Positions 40,075-50,020 of a stretch of 64,000 bases of DNA are shown here, piece after piece. This DNA is from Naegleria gruberi (taxonomy: Eukaryota). The notes under the pieces were generated by a model, which searched no databases, was not told the origin of the DNA, and saw only the letters and a program-made list of their open reading frames with translations. The stretch's first letter is position 1. Every line of letters begins with the position of its first letter. The position numbers and the translations under genes were made by a program. The stretch lies in assembly GCA_000004985.1 (NCBI GenBank), contig GG738900.1; one strand, written 5' to 3'.

Positions 40075-40324
40075 ACCTTTTATATTCTTTAAGAAGCATA
40101 TGATTTTAAGGAAAAAAAATTACAAGATGTACATCACGTTCCATCCAATTCAACATTTCATCGCGTTGTTTGAGATGGATTGAATTTTTTAAACTAATTA
40201 AAATCTAAAATTAGGAACAATTAAAAAATAGGTCAACTTTCTTCAAAGAATTATTACATCAATAGAAACAAAAGAAACCGATTTCAATTTTGTTCGATTT
40301 TTATCAACTTTTAACCGATAAAAG

Positions 40325-42157
40325 ATGTTCCGAGCACACGATGAAGAAGAAACACCATCACCATCATTATCAAATATTATTATTGTTACCGATCAACAAC
40401 AACAACAAACAAGGCTCTATCCTAACTTGAATTTGGAATCAACTGTGAATGCTATGGCTACTAATAACTTGGGTGCCAGTGTATTGTTGATTCGTGATGA
40501 GGGATTTCATCCAGTAATTATGGAAGACAATGATGAAGAAGAGGAAGAAGAAGAATTGACACTTGGTCAACAATCATCTCCGAAACTTGTTGATCAACAA
40601 GCAATTCATACTACTGGTTTTCAATCACCTATTGTGGAAAGAATACAAGGTTTTAGTACTGGAACTCCTACTAGTAATCAGAATCTGGATGGATTGAATG
40701 AGGTTGTGCTCACACCTCGATCATCAGCTCATGGTTATTCATCGAATAGATCCAGTCGATCCAATAGTAATGTCTCAACAAATAAGAGAATAGTTAGCAC
40801 TGGATACTATTATGGTTCATCACCTAATGAAGATGCATTGTCTGGATTGACTACTCCTCGTTGGAATTTGAATGGGGAGGATGATATTGATATTGAATAT
40901 GCAACAGGTGGCGGTGGCAGTAGCTCATTTGAATATAATAACCAGAATCACCACCTATTTAATAATGAATATAATGAACATAGAGATCATGATTTTGAAG
41001 AATTTGAACTTGGAGTTGCTGCTTGTAGAGAAGAGATCACCTCTTGGCAAAGGTTCATAGAGTTGAGAGTGTTACTTGCTGAGGTCCCAATACTCAACAG
41101 GGTTATTTCATTTGTATATTATCCAAACTTGTTAAATACCACTAATGATATGAAAACTAACGATATTGCTAACATGCTAAAATCAATTTTGAGATTGAGA
41201 CTTGTAAATAAGAAATGGAAACAATCAATTGATAATCCAACAGGAGTTCTCTATCACTATTTGTTAGAGTATTCATCGATTCAAAAATCTATTTCTCTGA
41301 AAAATCTCAAACTGGCTCATTCAGAATTTAACTTTTTCTCAATTCCTGGCATATACATGGTTGGTATTGGTAAAATTATTGGACAGACCTCGTTGATCCC
41401 TCTCGAAATGGGAACCAGAGCCTACACCAAGATGGAACAAGATTATGGCAGTGCAACTGCTAACACTATTTTGGCCCTTGGCGCTGGAATTACAATTGCA
41501 TCAGGTAGTTTTGCTCTGTTCATGCTTTCTGGCGCCTTTTACCTGATGCCTATTGCAGCAGGAGGTTATGTCCTCGACAAGGCAATAGAATTTGGTCTGG
41601 ATTATTCCAATAAGAAAAGTGCAGAGAAGGAAATTATTCAAACTGTAGAAGAGAAGGAGAAGGCACTTGATTCTTTCAGAATGAAAATGAGGAAAATAAC
41701 CCAATTTGAAAATATGGTTATTGAGAAGTATGAAGGTATTCAAGCGCAAGGTAATGATGCCTCCTGGACTGGTTATATTTTTTCTTTTGCCTCAATGGAA
41801 AACAAGCACTCTGTCTATTATTTGATTGATATTACCATGAAGATTGAAGAATCTACATATACCTACACACTCAAGAAGAGATATTCCCAATTTGAAAAGC
41901 TTTTCCAGAGAATGTGTGCTGTTAGAAAGACTGATAAGATTGTGGGTAAAAATGGTGAAGTTTTAATATTTCCATACAAGGAAATAATTGATTCACTGTT
42001 AGGAACTAGAAGTAAGGACATTATTGAGAAAAGAAAAGAATTGTTTAATAAGATTCTTTTTGAACTTGTAAATAATTTGGACGAATATAAGGATGATGAA
42101 GAGATTATGGTCTTTTTCACTGACTCTGAACAATACAATAGTAGTAGCAGTAAATAA
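40325..42157 (+). CDS. PX-domain protein with internal hydrophobic/Gly-zipper segment, 610 aa
   Basis: C-terminal region YTLKKRYSQFEKLFQRM…FPYKEIIDSLLG…IEKRKELFNKILFEL matches the PX consensus (R[RY]S[DE]F…P…R…LExYL). The N-terminus is low-complexity Q/N/S/E. Confidence 0.6.
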   Translation: MFRAHDEEETPSPSLSNIIIVTDQQQQQTRLYPNLNLESTVNAMATNNLGASVLLIRDEGFHPVIMEDNDEEEEEEELTLGQQSSPKLVDQQAIHTTGFQSPIVERIQGFSTGTPTSNQNLDGLNEVVLTPRSSAHGYSSNRSSRSNSNVSTNKRIVSTGYYYGSSPNEDALSGLTTPRWNLNGEDDIDIEYATGGGGSSSFEYNNQNHHLFNNEYNEHRDHDFEEFELGVAACREEITSWQRFIELRVLLAEVPILNRVISFVYYPNLLNTTNDMKTNDIANMLKSILRLRLVNKKWKQSIDNPTGVLYHYLLEYSSIQKSISLKNLKLAHSEFNFFSIPGIYMVGIGKIIGQTSLIPLEMGTRAYTKMEQDYGSATANTILALGAGITIASGSFALFMLSGAFYLMPIAAGGYVLDKAIEFGLDYSNKKSAEKEIIQTVEEKEKALDSFRMKMRKITQFENMVIEKYEGIQAQGNDASWTGYIFSFASMENKHSVYYLIDITMKIEESTYTYTLKKRYSQFEKLFQRMCAVRKTDKIVGKNGEVLIFPYKEIIDSLLGTRSKDIIEKRKELFNKILFELVNNLDEYKDDEEIMVFFTDSEQYNSSSSK

Positions 42158-42512
42158 TTCTTCATATTCATGAATTACAATTATATTCTGCATTGATTAT
42201 CTAGCGCTGCTGTAGATCTGATGTCACTAGCTACTTAAATGTGTTCCAACTTCATTTTTACATGTATTACTATTAACTATTAATATCCTTGTTGGGAATT
42301 GGAATTTTAATATTTAATTAATATTTTAATAACTGTATGTGCCCACCAGTACATAGGTGGTGACCTCCACCAATGATCAAAATGATCTCATGTGAAATCT
42401 CTGTTCCAAGTTTTCATCGACTTGGAAGCTATTTCCCACACCAAGTCAACACTCAAAATATTAATAAATATTCATTGCACATTTCTAGTAAACAAGACCA
42501 ATCAAGAAAAAA

Positions 42513-43667
42513 ATGTGTAAACATACTAATATGAGTGTTTTAATGATGATCAGCATCACTCTGATGATGGTGGTCATTTTCATGCTAATTTCATCCACTC
42601 AATGCCAAAAATCCTATTCGATTGCTTCCATTGTTTCGAATATGACATTAACCACCAACAATGATGGATGTACATCCATGAAAATTGTTGAAGATCTTGA
42701 ATATTTGTTTAATGGAAGTTTCTCAAGAGTTGGAAGAGCATTTCCATACAATGTGCTTTCCAAAATTGATTCCTCATCATGGAAAATTGAAGTTTTGAAT
42801 TCTGGCTATTCGATTTCGTCTCAATTAGAATTAGGAAGCATCTCTTCCTTTATTGTTTCTACTTTGAGTCCTGCAACACCTTCGAATAGCATTACCAAAT
42901 TATCTATTCGAATGTCATTTTCTGCATTCCCAAAACTTGAAGTGATTAATTCCAATTCCCAATTGAGATATCACTACAAAGACAATGCTCCAATCTCTTT
43001 CATTTCGACAACCATTCTATTCGATTCTTCATTTAATTCCTATCCTTTGAATTCTTCAAATGGTCAACTCTATATTCAAAATAATTCCATGCCAATTGTA
43101 ACATTTAACATGAGCAACTTGTCTCCCAATACTGAATTTCAACCAATGGTTTCTATCAACAGTTTCGTCTCAAAAGATTGTGATTCTTCTCATAATACTA
43201 ATGAGAATCAATATGACAAGATGGACTCATCATTTACATATGGAATGGTTGGTGGTATAGTGGGTTTTTTTGTTTTGTTAATTGTTGTAACGGCGGCAAG
43301 TTTAGTTTGCGTCCATTTTTGCATGAAAAAACAATTCTTTAAGGAGAAGAAAAAACCAAAAGATAGAGAAAATCCAGATGAGGTACCTGTTTCGTCTAAT
43401 AAGGAAGAAACACAAAGAAACAAACCTATCTCAGAGTCTAAACCAAAAGTCAAATACGAAAATCCAACAAGCTATATTTCCAGCTATGAAGAGCCAACCA
43501 GTACAAATTATTATTCCAGTGATATTGACTATAGTGGTGGAGGTGGTGGATGGGATTCGAATACTGGAGGTGGGTGTGATTATGGTGGAGGTGGTGGTGG
43601 TGGATGTGACTATGGTGGCGGAGGCGGTGGATGTGATTATGGAGGTAGTTCTGGATTTGCTGATTAA
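42513..43667 (+). CDS. Type I membrane protein with a Gly-rich (GGGGG-CDYGG)x3 cytoplasmic tail, 384 aa
   Basis: Signal peptide MCKHTNMSVLMMISITLMMVVIFMLISSTQC, N-glycosylation-rich ectodomain, TM GMVGGIVGFFVLLIVVTAASLVCV, basic stop-transfer, then the tail. Confidence 0.6.
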   Translation: MCKHTNMSVLMMISITLMMVVIFMLISSTQCQKSYSIASIVSNMTLTTNNDGCTSMKIVEDLEYLFNGSFSRVGRAFPYNVLSKIDSSSWKIEVLNSGYSISSQLELGSISSFIVSTLSPATPSNSITKLSIRMSFSAFPKLEVINSNSQLRYHYKDNAPISFISTTILFDSSFNSYPLNSSNGQLYIQNNSMPIVTFNMSNLSPNTEFQPMVSINSFVSKDCDSSHNTNENQYDKMDSSFTYGMVGGIVGFFVLLIVVTAASLVCVHFCMKKQFFKEKKKPKDRENPDEVPVSSNKEETQRNKPISESKPKVKYENPTSYISSYEEPTSTNYYSSDIDYSGGGGGWDSNTGGGCDYGGGGGGGCDYGGGGGGCDYGGSSGFAD

Positions 43668-43869
43668 GGCAATAACTTATTGAGATAATTCATCACCAAT
43701 TGATGAATATATTGTAAATAATACTTTCTCACAAAATTAGATTTGTTGAGATTTATCAATTATCTGAACTTTAATATTTAGTAAGGGAATAATTTCTTCT
43801 TTATTGAATATAATACAAATTAATAAATTAATGATTGAATGAAATTATTCCTCCATATGGATATCTACA

Positions 43870-45327
43870 TTAATTCTTATTGTTGTGATTAATTAATGGA
43901 TACTTTTCCTTCTCTTCCTCATCTTGTTGATTATCCAAATTATTAGTATTATTGCTGGTGATACCTTCATTGTCATTGTAAACAATATCATCACTCTGAT
44001 GATAAATAATTGGTTCAATAACTTCTGAAGAATCATTAATTGAAACATTCGAATGGGGTTCGCCTCCTTTCGTTTGATTCTTCTCCTCACTAACCTCATG
44101 TCTCAAGTGATTCCAGGGTAAAAACTTGGGATCCATCTCATAAAGTGGCTTTCGAGCGAATACTTCATATCCAATATTTCCCAATGTAATAATAATCAAT
44201 GAAACAATAATCCACCAAGTTGGTTGACTAGAAAATTGTCCAACTAATGGTTTAATCCAAAAGCAAACAGCAGTCAATGGATACAACAAGGCATTCAAAT
44301 TGGCCAAAACATTGGATCCAAACTTTTCAATCAGATAAGATCCACTCACGAAATAAACATAGTATCCAGCCACGAATATACATGTCCACAATGTGGCTTG
44401 CCAACCACCACAACATGAAGACACATCATAATTCCCAAAAAAGCATTGGAATGCTTCTCCCTGTTGCTCAAATACCTGAGTGGCAGAACATGTGGTTGCA
44501 TTCATGGAACACATGGAGAGTGGAGTGTGAGCTGGAACATTACATGAGCCAAAGTTTGGAACCATGGTCATGAACATCCATGCAGCATAGACAATCAATG
44601 AGAATAGATTGTAATAGACCAAGACGATGAAGGTAGGTGCCTTGTAGGAATCATAGGCCACCTCTTGATAGATAGTTTCAAAAGCTGTTGGAATGGCAGA
44701 ACAAATGGAAATGATGAGCCAGAAGGCAGAGTTTGAGAAGGTGGTTTCTGAGCCAGTTCCATTCATATAGGAGTAGATGGAACCAAAGAGGAGTCCGGAG
44801 AGAATGAGCAGGAAACAGCCAATTTGACCCAAATCATATTTCTTTCTCAAAATCAATGGATACATGATCCATGTGAGAGGAGCAGAAACTTGAGTCAAAA
44901 TGGCAGTCAATTCTGGATCAACAAATGGAATGGCACTCTGTGCGAAAATTCCATTGAAAGCAGTAAAGAAACCAAGTGCCAAAACACAAATGATCAACTT
45001 CTTGTTATAGTACAAACACCATCTTTCCTTGATTTGCTTGAATGAATGTTTCTGAACAACAATGGAAAGGAAAATTTCAGTTACAATAAAGAAGGAGGTG
45101 TACATGAAGGTAGTTCCATACAATAAGAAACCAGAATTGTACAATGGCATGTAGTAGCCCATAATTTGCACTCCCAAATTATTCATCATTCCTCCCATCA
45201 AGTAAATGATGACCAAAACGATGAATAAGAGATTTCTCTTTGAGAACATGGAGTTTGCCATTTGGGAGAGTCGTTGTCTAAGACCTCGACCAGTTGCTGA
45301 ATTGTTGTTGAAAAGTTTGATTTGCAT
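43870..45327 (-). CDS. Multi-pass membrane protein, putative transporter (possibly CRT-like/DMT superfamily), ~485 aa; probable ATG at 45327 (the track ORF starts from an upstream GTG at 45573)
   Basis: About 10 predicted hydrophobic helices, a Cys-rich loop (CSMNATTCSATQ…CFFGNYDVSSCCGGW) and an acidic N/D-rich tail. The family assignment is tentative. Confidence 0.45.
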   Translation of the reverse strand: MQIKLFNNNSATGRGLRQRLSQMANSMFSKRNLLFIVLVIIYLMGGMMNNLGVQIMGYYMPLYNSGFLLYGTTFMYTSFFIVTEIFLSIVVQKHSFKQIKERWCLYYNKKLIICVLALGFFTAFNGIFAQSAIPFVDPELTAILTQVSAPLTWIMYPLILRKKYDLGQIGCFLLILSGLLFGSIYSYMNGTGSETTFSNSAFWLIISICSAIPTAFETIYQEVAYDSYKAPTFIVLVYYNLFSLIVYAAWMFMTMVPNFGSCNVPAHTPLSMCSMNATTCSATQVFEQQGEAFQCFFGNYDVSSCCGGWQATLWTCIFVAGYYVYFVSGSYLIEKFGSNVLANLNALLYPLTAVCFWIKPLVGQFSSQPTWWIIVSLIIITLGNIGYEVFARKPLYEMDPKFLPWNHLRHEVSEEKNQTKGGEPHSNVSINDSSEVIEPIIYHQSDDIVYNDNEGITSNNTNNLDNQQDEEEKEKYPLINHNNKN

Positions 45328-45714
45328 GTTGAGTGAATATGAGCTTGTTGTTGCTATTAAGTAAAAATCTTGTGTTGATATGATAAAGAAAAATGGTTGT
45401 GATCTCTGGGATGACAGATAATAATGTGTGCTTGTGTTTGAGAATAATATAATTGAGAATACTGCTAACTTGAACAAATTCTTGAGTGAGATTAAGACTG
45501 TAGAGTTGTAAAGTGTGTGTGAAGGGCCTTTAATAGAAAATATCCAGACGCAAGAAAGTGAATATTGAAACACAACTAATAATTAACTAGTTTTTTTCTT
45601 TTAATTCAAGTGTTAATGCTGCTGCTGTTGTGCAATGATAAATATAGAAAACTTGAGAAAATCTTTCAAGAAACTTGCCTGATGATTTGCTGCACAGAAT
45701 GTTTGTGTCATCTC

Positions 45715-45982
45715 GCTTATTAAACTCTAGTTTACAATGACACTTGTGTCCGAATGAAAATATTCCAATTCCTGTACGAACAACTCCTCTAGCTCCATTT
45801 GTTTCGTCTTCCATAATAGTTCAATTGACCTTGTTCTGTTTGTGAAAGAAAGCGAAAATCTTGGGTCTCTTGAAAAACTGTTTTTTCGCGTGTTTGTCAG
45901 TTGTGATTTATTTGGTTGGATTTCTGTTTTGGTTTTTTACAGCTCCCAAGATTTTCGCTTTTGTAAACTCGAGTTTAATGAA
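45715..45982. repeat. Nested inverted repeats in the divergent intergenic region: outer 22/24-bp imperfect IR (45715-45738 vs 45961-45982) and inner 17-bp perfect IR (45849-45865 vs 45945-45961)
   Basis: Reverse complement of cccaagattttcgcttt is aaagcgaaaatcttggg (perfect match). Reverse complement of cgcttattaaactctagtttacaa is ttgtaaactagagtttaataagcg, against the observed ttgtaaactcgagtttaatgaa. Confidence 0.7.
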
Positions 45983-46163
45983 ATCCCCGGAAGACAAGGC
46001 TGGAAATGCACTATAGACTCTTCATGTACAGTTTGTATATTACAATATTAATCTACAGTATTAACTATTTAACCGTACATAATTAAATATTAAATACTAC
46101 ACATTCAATATTAAATTAATCAAAAAAAAATAATAAAAAAAATATTCAAATTTAAAAAAAAAT

Positions 46164-47756
46164 ATGCCAAACATACCGCCACCTTCCGGGCTCTATCGTC
46201 AGGACAATTCTTCTTCTTACAATAACAATAGAAATAACAATAATTATTCTTCATCATCATCGTCATCAACGGCATCGCGAGGAATTTCAGCCTTTCAACG
46301 ACAACATAACGCCGATCAACCTTCATCATCATACAATAATAATAATAATAGAAGAGGTGTTGGTGATAGAGGAGAGAGAGGAGATAGAGGTGGTGAAAGA
46401 GGATCTTATCAATCCTATGATTCGCATAAGAGAAATTATAATGAATATAATGATGATCATCATCAACATGATTCGTATTCTTCATCTTCGTATAAAAAGA
46501 ATAAGATGGATCATCATTATTCGTCATCTTCATATGAAAATCAATCATCACAATCATATAACAAACCAAATTCTAATGGATTTTCACTAGGCAATTCAAA
46601 TGTATCATTTCCGACTATTTTACCAAGTTTTTTGAGTAAGGATGCTATCAATGCTTTAATGGCTCGTATTCGTCTTAATGAAATTAATGAACAAGGAGTT
46701 CAAAATAATGGATTTTCCTCTCTAGAACAATATGAAAAACACAAATTATATACAGAAGTTCAAAAACTAGTTGCACTCGCAAAACTAATTAATCCTCTCT
46801 TTTCCTTTGAAAATCATTTTGTTTATGTGAAACAATTCATCTCAGAGTGTGAAATGTCAATGGCTGATTCATTGGATCAAGATGGAACTGATGGAAAACA
46901 AATTAATAGAAAGATTTACATTCCAGTAGATGAATATCCTGACTATAATTTCATTGGTTTGATTATCGGACCTGGAGGTTTAACACAAAAGAAACTTGAA
47001 AAGGAGAGTGGAGCCAAGATTGCTGTTCGTGGTAAAGGAAGTGTAAAACCAGGTAAAATACCAACAAAATCATTTGCAGATGAAGAAAACTTGCACGTTC
47101 TCATCACTGCTGATGATGAAGATTCTGTGGAAAAGGCAGCTGAAATGATCAAGAGATTATTGATTCCTGTTGAAGAAGGAAGCAATGAACTCAAGAAGGA
47201 ACAACTTAGAGAATTAGCAAGACAACGAGGTTTTACCATTGAAGGTATGAGTGATGCTGAACTAGGTGTTGTGGCAGAAGAAGGTGGTGAATCTGCTTTC
47301 CTTGCCAAACTTCAATCATATGGACTAAATCAACACATGCCAGATCAACCAACAATACCTGGTGTGACATCAAATGTTGAAATTCCAGGTATTACTGACA
47401 ATAAGAAATATAACAAGAATATGGAAAGTGCAATGGATAAACTTAAAAGAGATTTATTGGGTGGAGAGGATAATGAAAATAAGCAAGAAGAAGAAAATGA
47501 GGAAATTGTGATAGAAGCTCCAAAACTTACCACTCCTTCATCTGCTCCATTTGATGATGCCTATCAACAAACCTATGACTTGTACTATGATTATTATAAG
47601 CAATTCTTTGCAAGACAAGTTGAAACATTCCAAAAGTTTGAAGATATACTGAGAGGATATGATGGTCAGCTCCCTAAAAATGATATGAATACAGCTTTCC
47701 AAGTTGTTGTGATGGCAGTTAATGACATTGTTCCTCCAATTCCAGGAGAAAAATAA
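46164..47756 (+). CDS. SF1: Splicing factor 1 / branchpoint-binding-protein-like STAR-KH domain protein, 530 aa
   Basis: KIYIPVDEYPDYNFIGLIIGPGGLTQKKLEKESGAKIAVRGKGSVK…ENLHVLITADD is the canonical SF1/BBP KH-QUA2 core. The N-terminus is low-complexity N/S/R-rich. Confidence 0.75.
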   Translation: MPNIPPPSGLYRQDNSSSYNNNRNNNNYSSSSSSSTASRGISAFQRQHNADQPSSSYNNNNNRRGVGDRGERGDRGGERGSYQSYDSHKRNYNEYNDDHHQHDSYSSSSYKKNKMDHHYSSSSYENQSSQSYNKPNSNGFSLGNSNVSFPTILPSFLSKDAINALMARIRLNEINEQGVQNNGFSSLEQYEKHKLYTEVQKLVALAKLINPLFSFENHFVYVKQFISECEMSMADSLDQDGTDGKQINRKIYIPVDEYPDYNFIGLIIGPGGLTQKKLEKESGAKIAVRGKGSVKPGKIPTKSFADEENLHVLITADDEDSVEKAAEMIKRLLIPVEEGSNELKKEQLRELARQRGFTIEGMSDAELGVVAEEGGESAFLAKLQSYGLNQHMPDQPTIPGVTSNVEIPGITDNKKYNKNMESAMDKLKRDLLGGEDNENKQEEENEEIVIEAPKLTTPSSAPFDDAYQQTYDLYYDYYKQFFARQVETFQKFEDILRGYDGQLPKNDMNTAFQVVVMAVNDIVPPIPGEK

Positions 47757-47817
47757 TAATAATTATTTTTTTAAATTTTTTATTTTTATTTCCAAAATTA
47801 CAAAATTATTAGAGAAT

Positions 47818-48957
47818 TTACTTTTCTTCTTCTTCAATATCTTCAACAATGGTAACAGGTTCAGGTAAAGAAGTTGTCAATTTAGGATCAATATTTTCAA
47901 CAGCCTTCATGATAGTTTCAACATTTTCAGCAGCTTCTGTAGAAAAGAGAACTCTAGCCCACATTTCTCGTCCTTCTGGTGAGAAGGCTTCTTCCAAAGA
48001 TTCTAAACTAGCATAAAGAGTATGCATATCATTAGCAGCGGATTCAGTCATGTATTTAGCAAATGTTCCCTTTCCGTTTGCTTGTTCATATTCTTCAACT
48101 TGCTTTTCAAGTTGCTTTAAAGCAATCAATTCATGCATAAATGGACCAATTGGTTCAGCATCAGGGTCCAAACGAGAATCATATGTCAAACTATGGATAC
48201 TTTGGAAAGTTGTACCTTCTGGATCAATGATTCTATCAATAATTCTTGATGAGTCATCAGACATTGTTGATGTCATATCCTTTACATCGCTCTTCTTAGC
48301 TTCGGAAGCTGGAAGACTATTAGCCAAATCAGTGAAAGCAGAAGAGAAGGCCACTCGGGAATTAATTTCATCTCTTTGGGCACTTTCCAAATCATCCTTC
48401 TTGATTAAATACTTCTTATACTCTTGAATATCCTTTTGGTAATCCATATCAATTTTTTGCATTTGTTGAAGAACCTTCTTGAACATGTATTGGTTTTCAT
48501 CATCCTCTTGCAATTGTGTTAAATCTTGTTTGATTTCGCTTCTTTTAGTAGCGTATTGTGTAGGTTTAGAGAAGGTTTCAGCCTTTGGTAAATTATCATG
48601 TGAAATTTGATATAAACTCTTCTCATAGTATTTGTGAATGTGGTTATGTTTACGAGCATCCTCAATAGCACCCAAAATTTGATTTTGTAATTTCTTAATA
48701 TCAATTTGGTCCTTTCCAATCATTGGTACTTCGCTTTTATCGAGTTGTAACTTTATATCGTATTTTCCAGAGTAAAAAGCAGTTGCGGCTCCATTTCTAC
48801 CAACAGCTTCAAGAGAAGACAATTTGCTATAATAGCTAAATTGGTTCCAAACTTTAGATGGAAATCCCTTCATTTGCTCTGGGATGTTCAACATTTTGGC
48901 CACCAAATTCTTTGCCTTTCTTCCGGTTCTAATGTATGACTGTGGGACAACGTTCAT
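47818..48957 (-). CDS. Hypothetical protein, 379 aa
   Basis: Continuous ORF with ATG at 48957 and an acidic C-terminus. No family recognised by eye. Confidence 0.5.
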   Translation of the reverse strand: MNVVPQSYIRTGRKAKNLVAKMLNIPEQMKGFPSKVWNQFSYYSKLSSLEAVGRNGAATAFYSGKYDIKLQLDKSEVPMIGKDQIDIKKLQNQILGAIEDARKHNHIHKYYEKSLYQISHDNLPKAETFSKPTQYATKRSEIKQDLTQLQEDDENQYMFKKVLQQMQKIDMDYQKDIQEYKKYLIKKDDLESAQRDEINSRVAFSSAFTDLANSLPASEAKKSDVKDMTSTMSDDSSRIIDRIIDPEGTTFQSIHSLTYDSRLDPDAEPIGPFMHELIALKQLEKQVEEYEQANGKGTFAKYMTESAANDMHTLYASLESLEEAFSPEGREMWARVLFSTEAAENVETIMKAVENIDPKLTTSLPEPVTIVEDIEEEEK

Positions 48958-49339
48958 TTTTGCAATTTTTTTAAAAAAATTTCATCAAGAATTTTTAATT
49001 TTTAAATTTTCAAAAAATTATGATTGTTGGTGAAAGGGATGAAGAACAGATCTAGAACAACACTAGTAATTGGTTGAGATCATGATAACGAGTGGAGGAT
49101 ATTAAGTGATGGAAATGTAGTAGAGATTTTATTTTCTTGTTGTGTTATCTTGATGTTGTACAAATGTTTTTTAAAAACTTCAGCAAGGCTTGCCAGTAAA
49201 TTAACAAATGAAGTATAATAGGTTTAAATTCATGAAGAGTGAGGCAACGTTTCGGGAGATGAATTGAATTTGATTACGAATAACATGATAGTATTTTCAA
49301 CCACGTTGGCCGAAGGAGTTTATCACAGATGAAATTGGG

Positions 49340-49618
49340 AAAGCAATCCTTCAGAACATTTGCAGAATAATAAAGAATTTATTCTTGAACATGTGAGGAG
49401 AGATGGAATGTTTCTTGTTAGATTTACCTCTAAGGAATTACAAGGAAACAGCGAAGTAGTTGTTGAAAGTGTTAAACAAAGAGGAATTTCATTACAATTT
49501 GCCTCAGCAGAGTTGAGAAATAACAAGTAAATTGTTAAAATTGCTATTTCACAAGCTCTGGAATATGTAAGTGATTCCATTAGAAATGATGAGGAGATTA
49601 TATTGAAAGCAGAGTAAT
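49340..49618 (+). pseudogene. DUF4116-repeat gene fragment (pseudogene)
   Basis: + frame gives …NNKEFILEHVRRDGMFLVRFTSKELQGNSEVVVESVKQRGISLQFASAELRNNK*IVKIAISQALEYVSDSIRNDEEIILKAE*. This is about 3 DUF4116 repeat units with an in-frame TAA and an upstream frameshift. There is no ATG and no splice sites to rescue it. Confidence 0.6.
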
Positions 49619-50020
49619 TAGAAAATTTTCTGAAATTGACTGAACATTAGTCCAATAAGTATTTGATAATGGAAAGTGTTGAGTTTGCACCACAACATTG
49701 AGGACAAATTGAGCAAAGTAATGGGAACTTCTCACACAGGTTGAAGAACCTTTTACAAATTTCTTGCTCGCCTTAAAACAATAATTTTGAGTCTAAAAAT
49801 AAAAAATTTCCAATTTCCGAAACAATTCCGTGCAAATGAGGATGAACTCGTTTCTCTCTTTTCCAAAGGTTACACTCAATTATTTGTTTTTTTGCAACTG
49901 AGGACAAATCTATTTTTATATAAATAGCTCAAACTAAGCAAAATATTCTCAACAACAATTTGAAAAAAAACAATCAAAATACTAACTGTGTATTCTGTTT
50001 ACTTACTAAATAATAAGAAA

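Noticed and set aside
45715-45982. Calling the nested inverted repeat a bona fide MITE
   Set aside because: No target-site duplication is visible at the TIR ends, and copy number cannot be assessed from one window. It is kept as a structural observation only.
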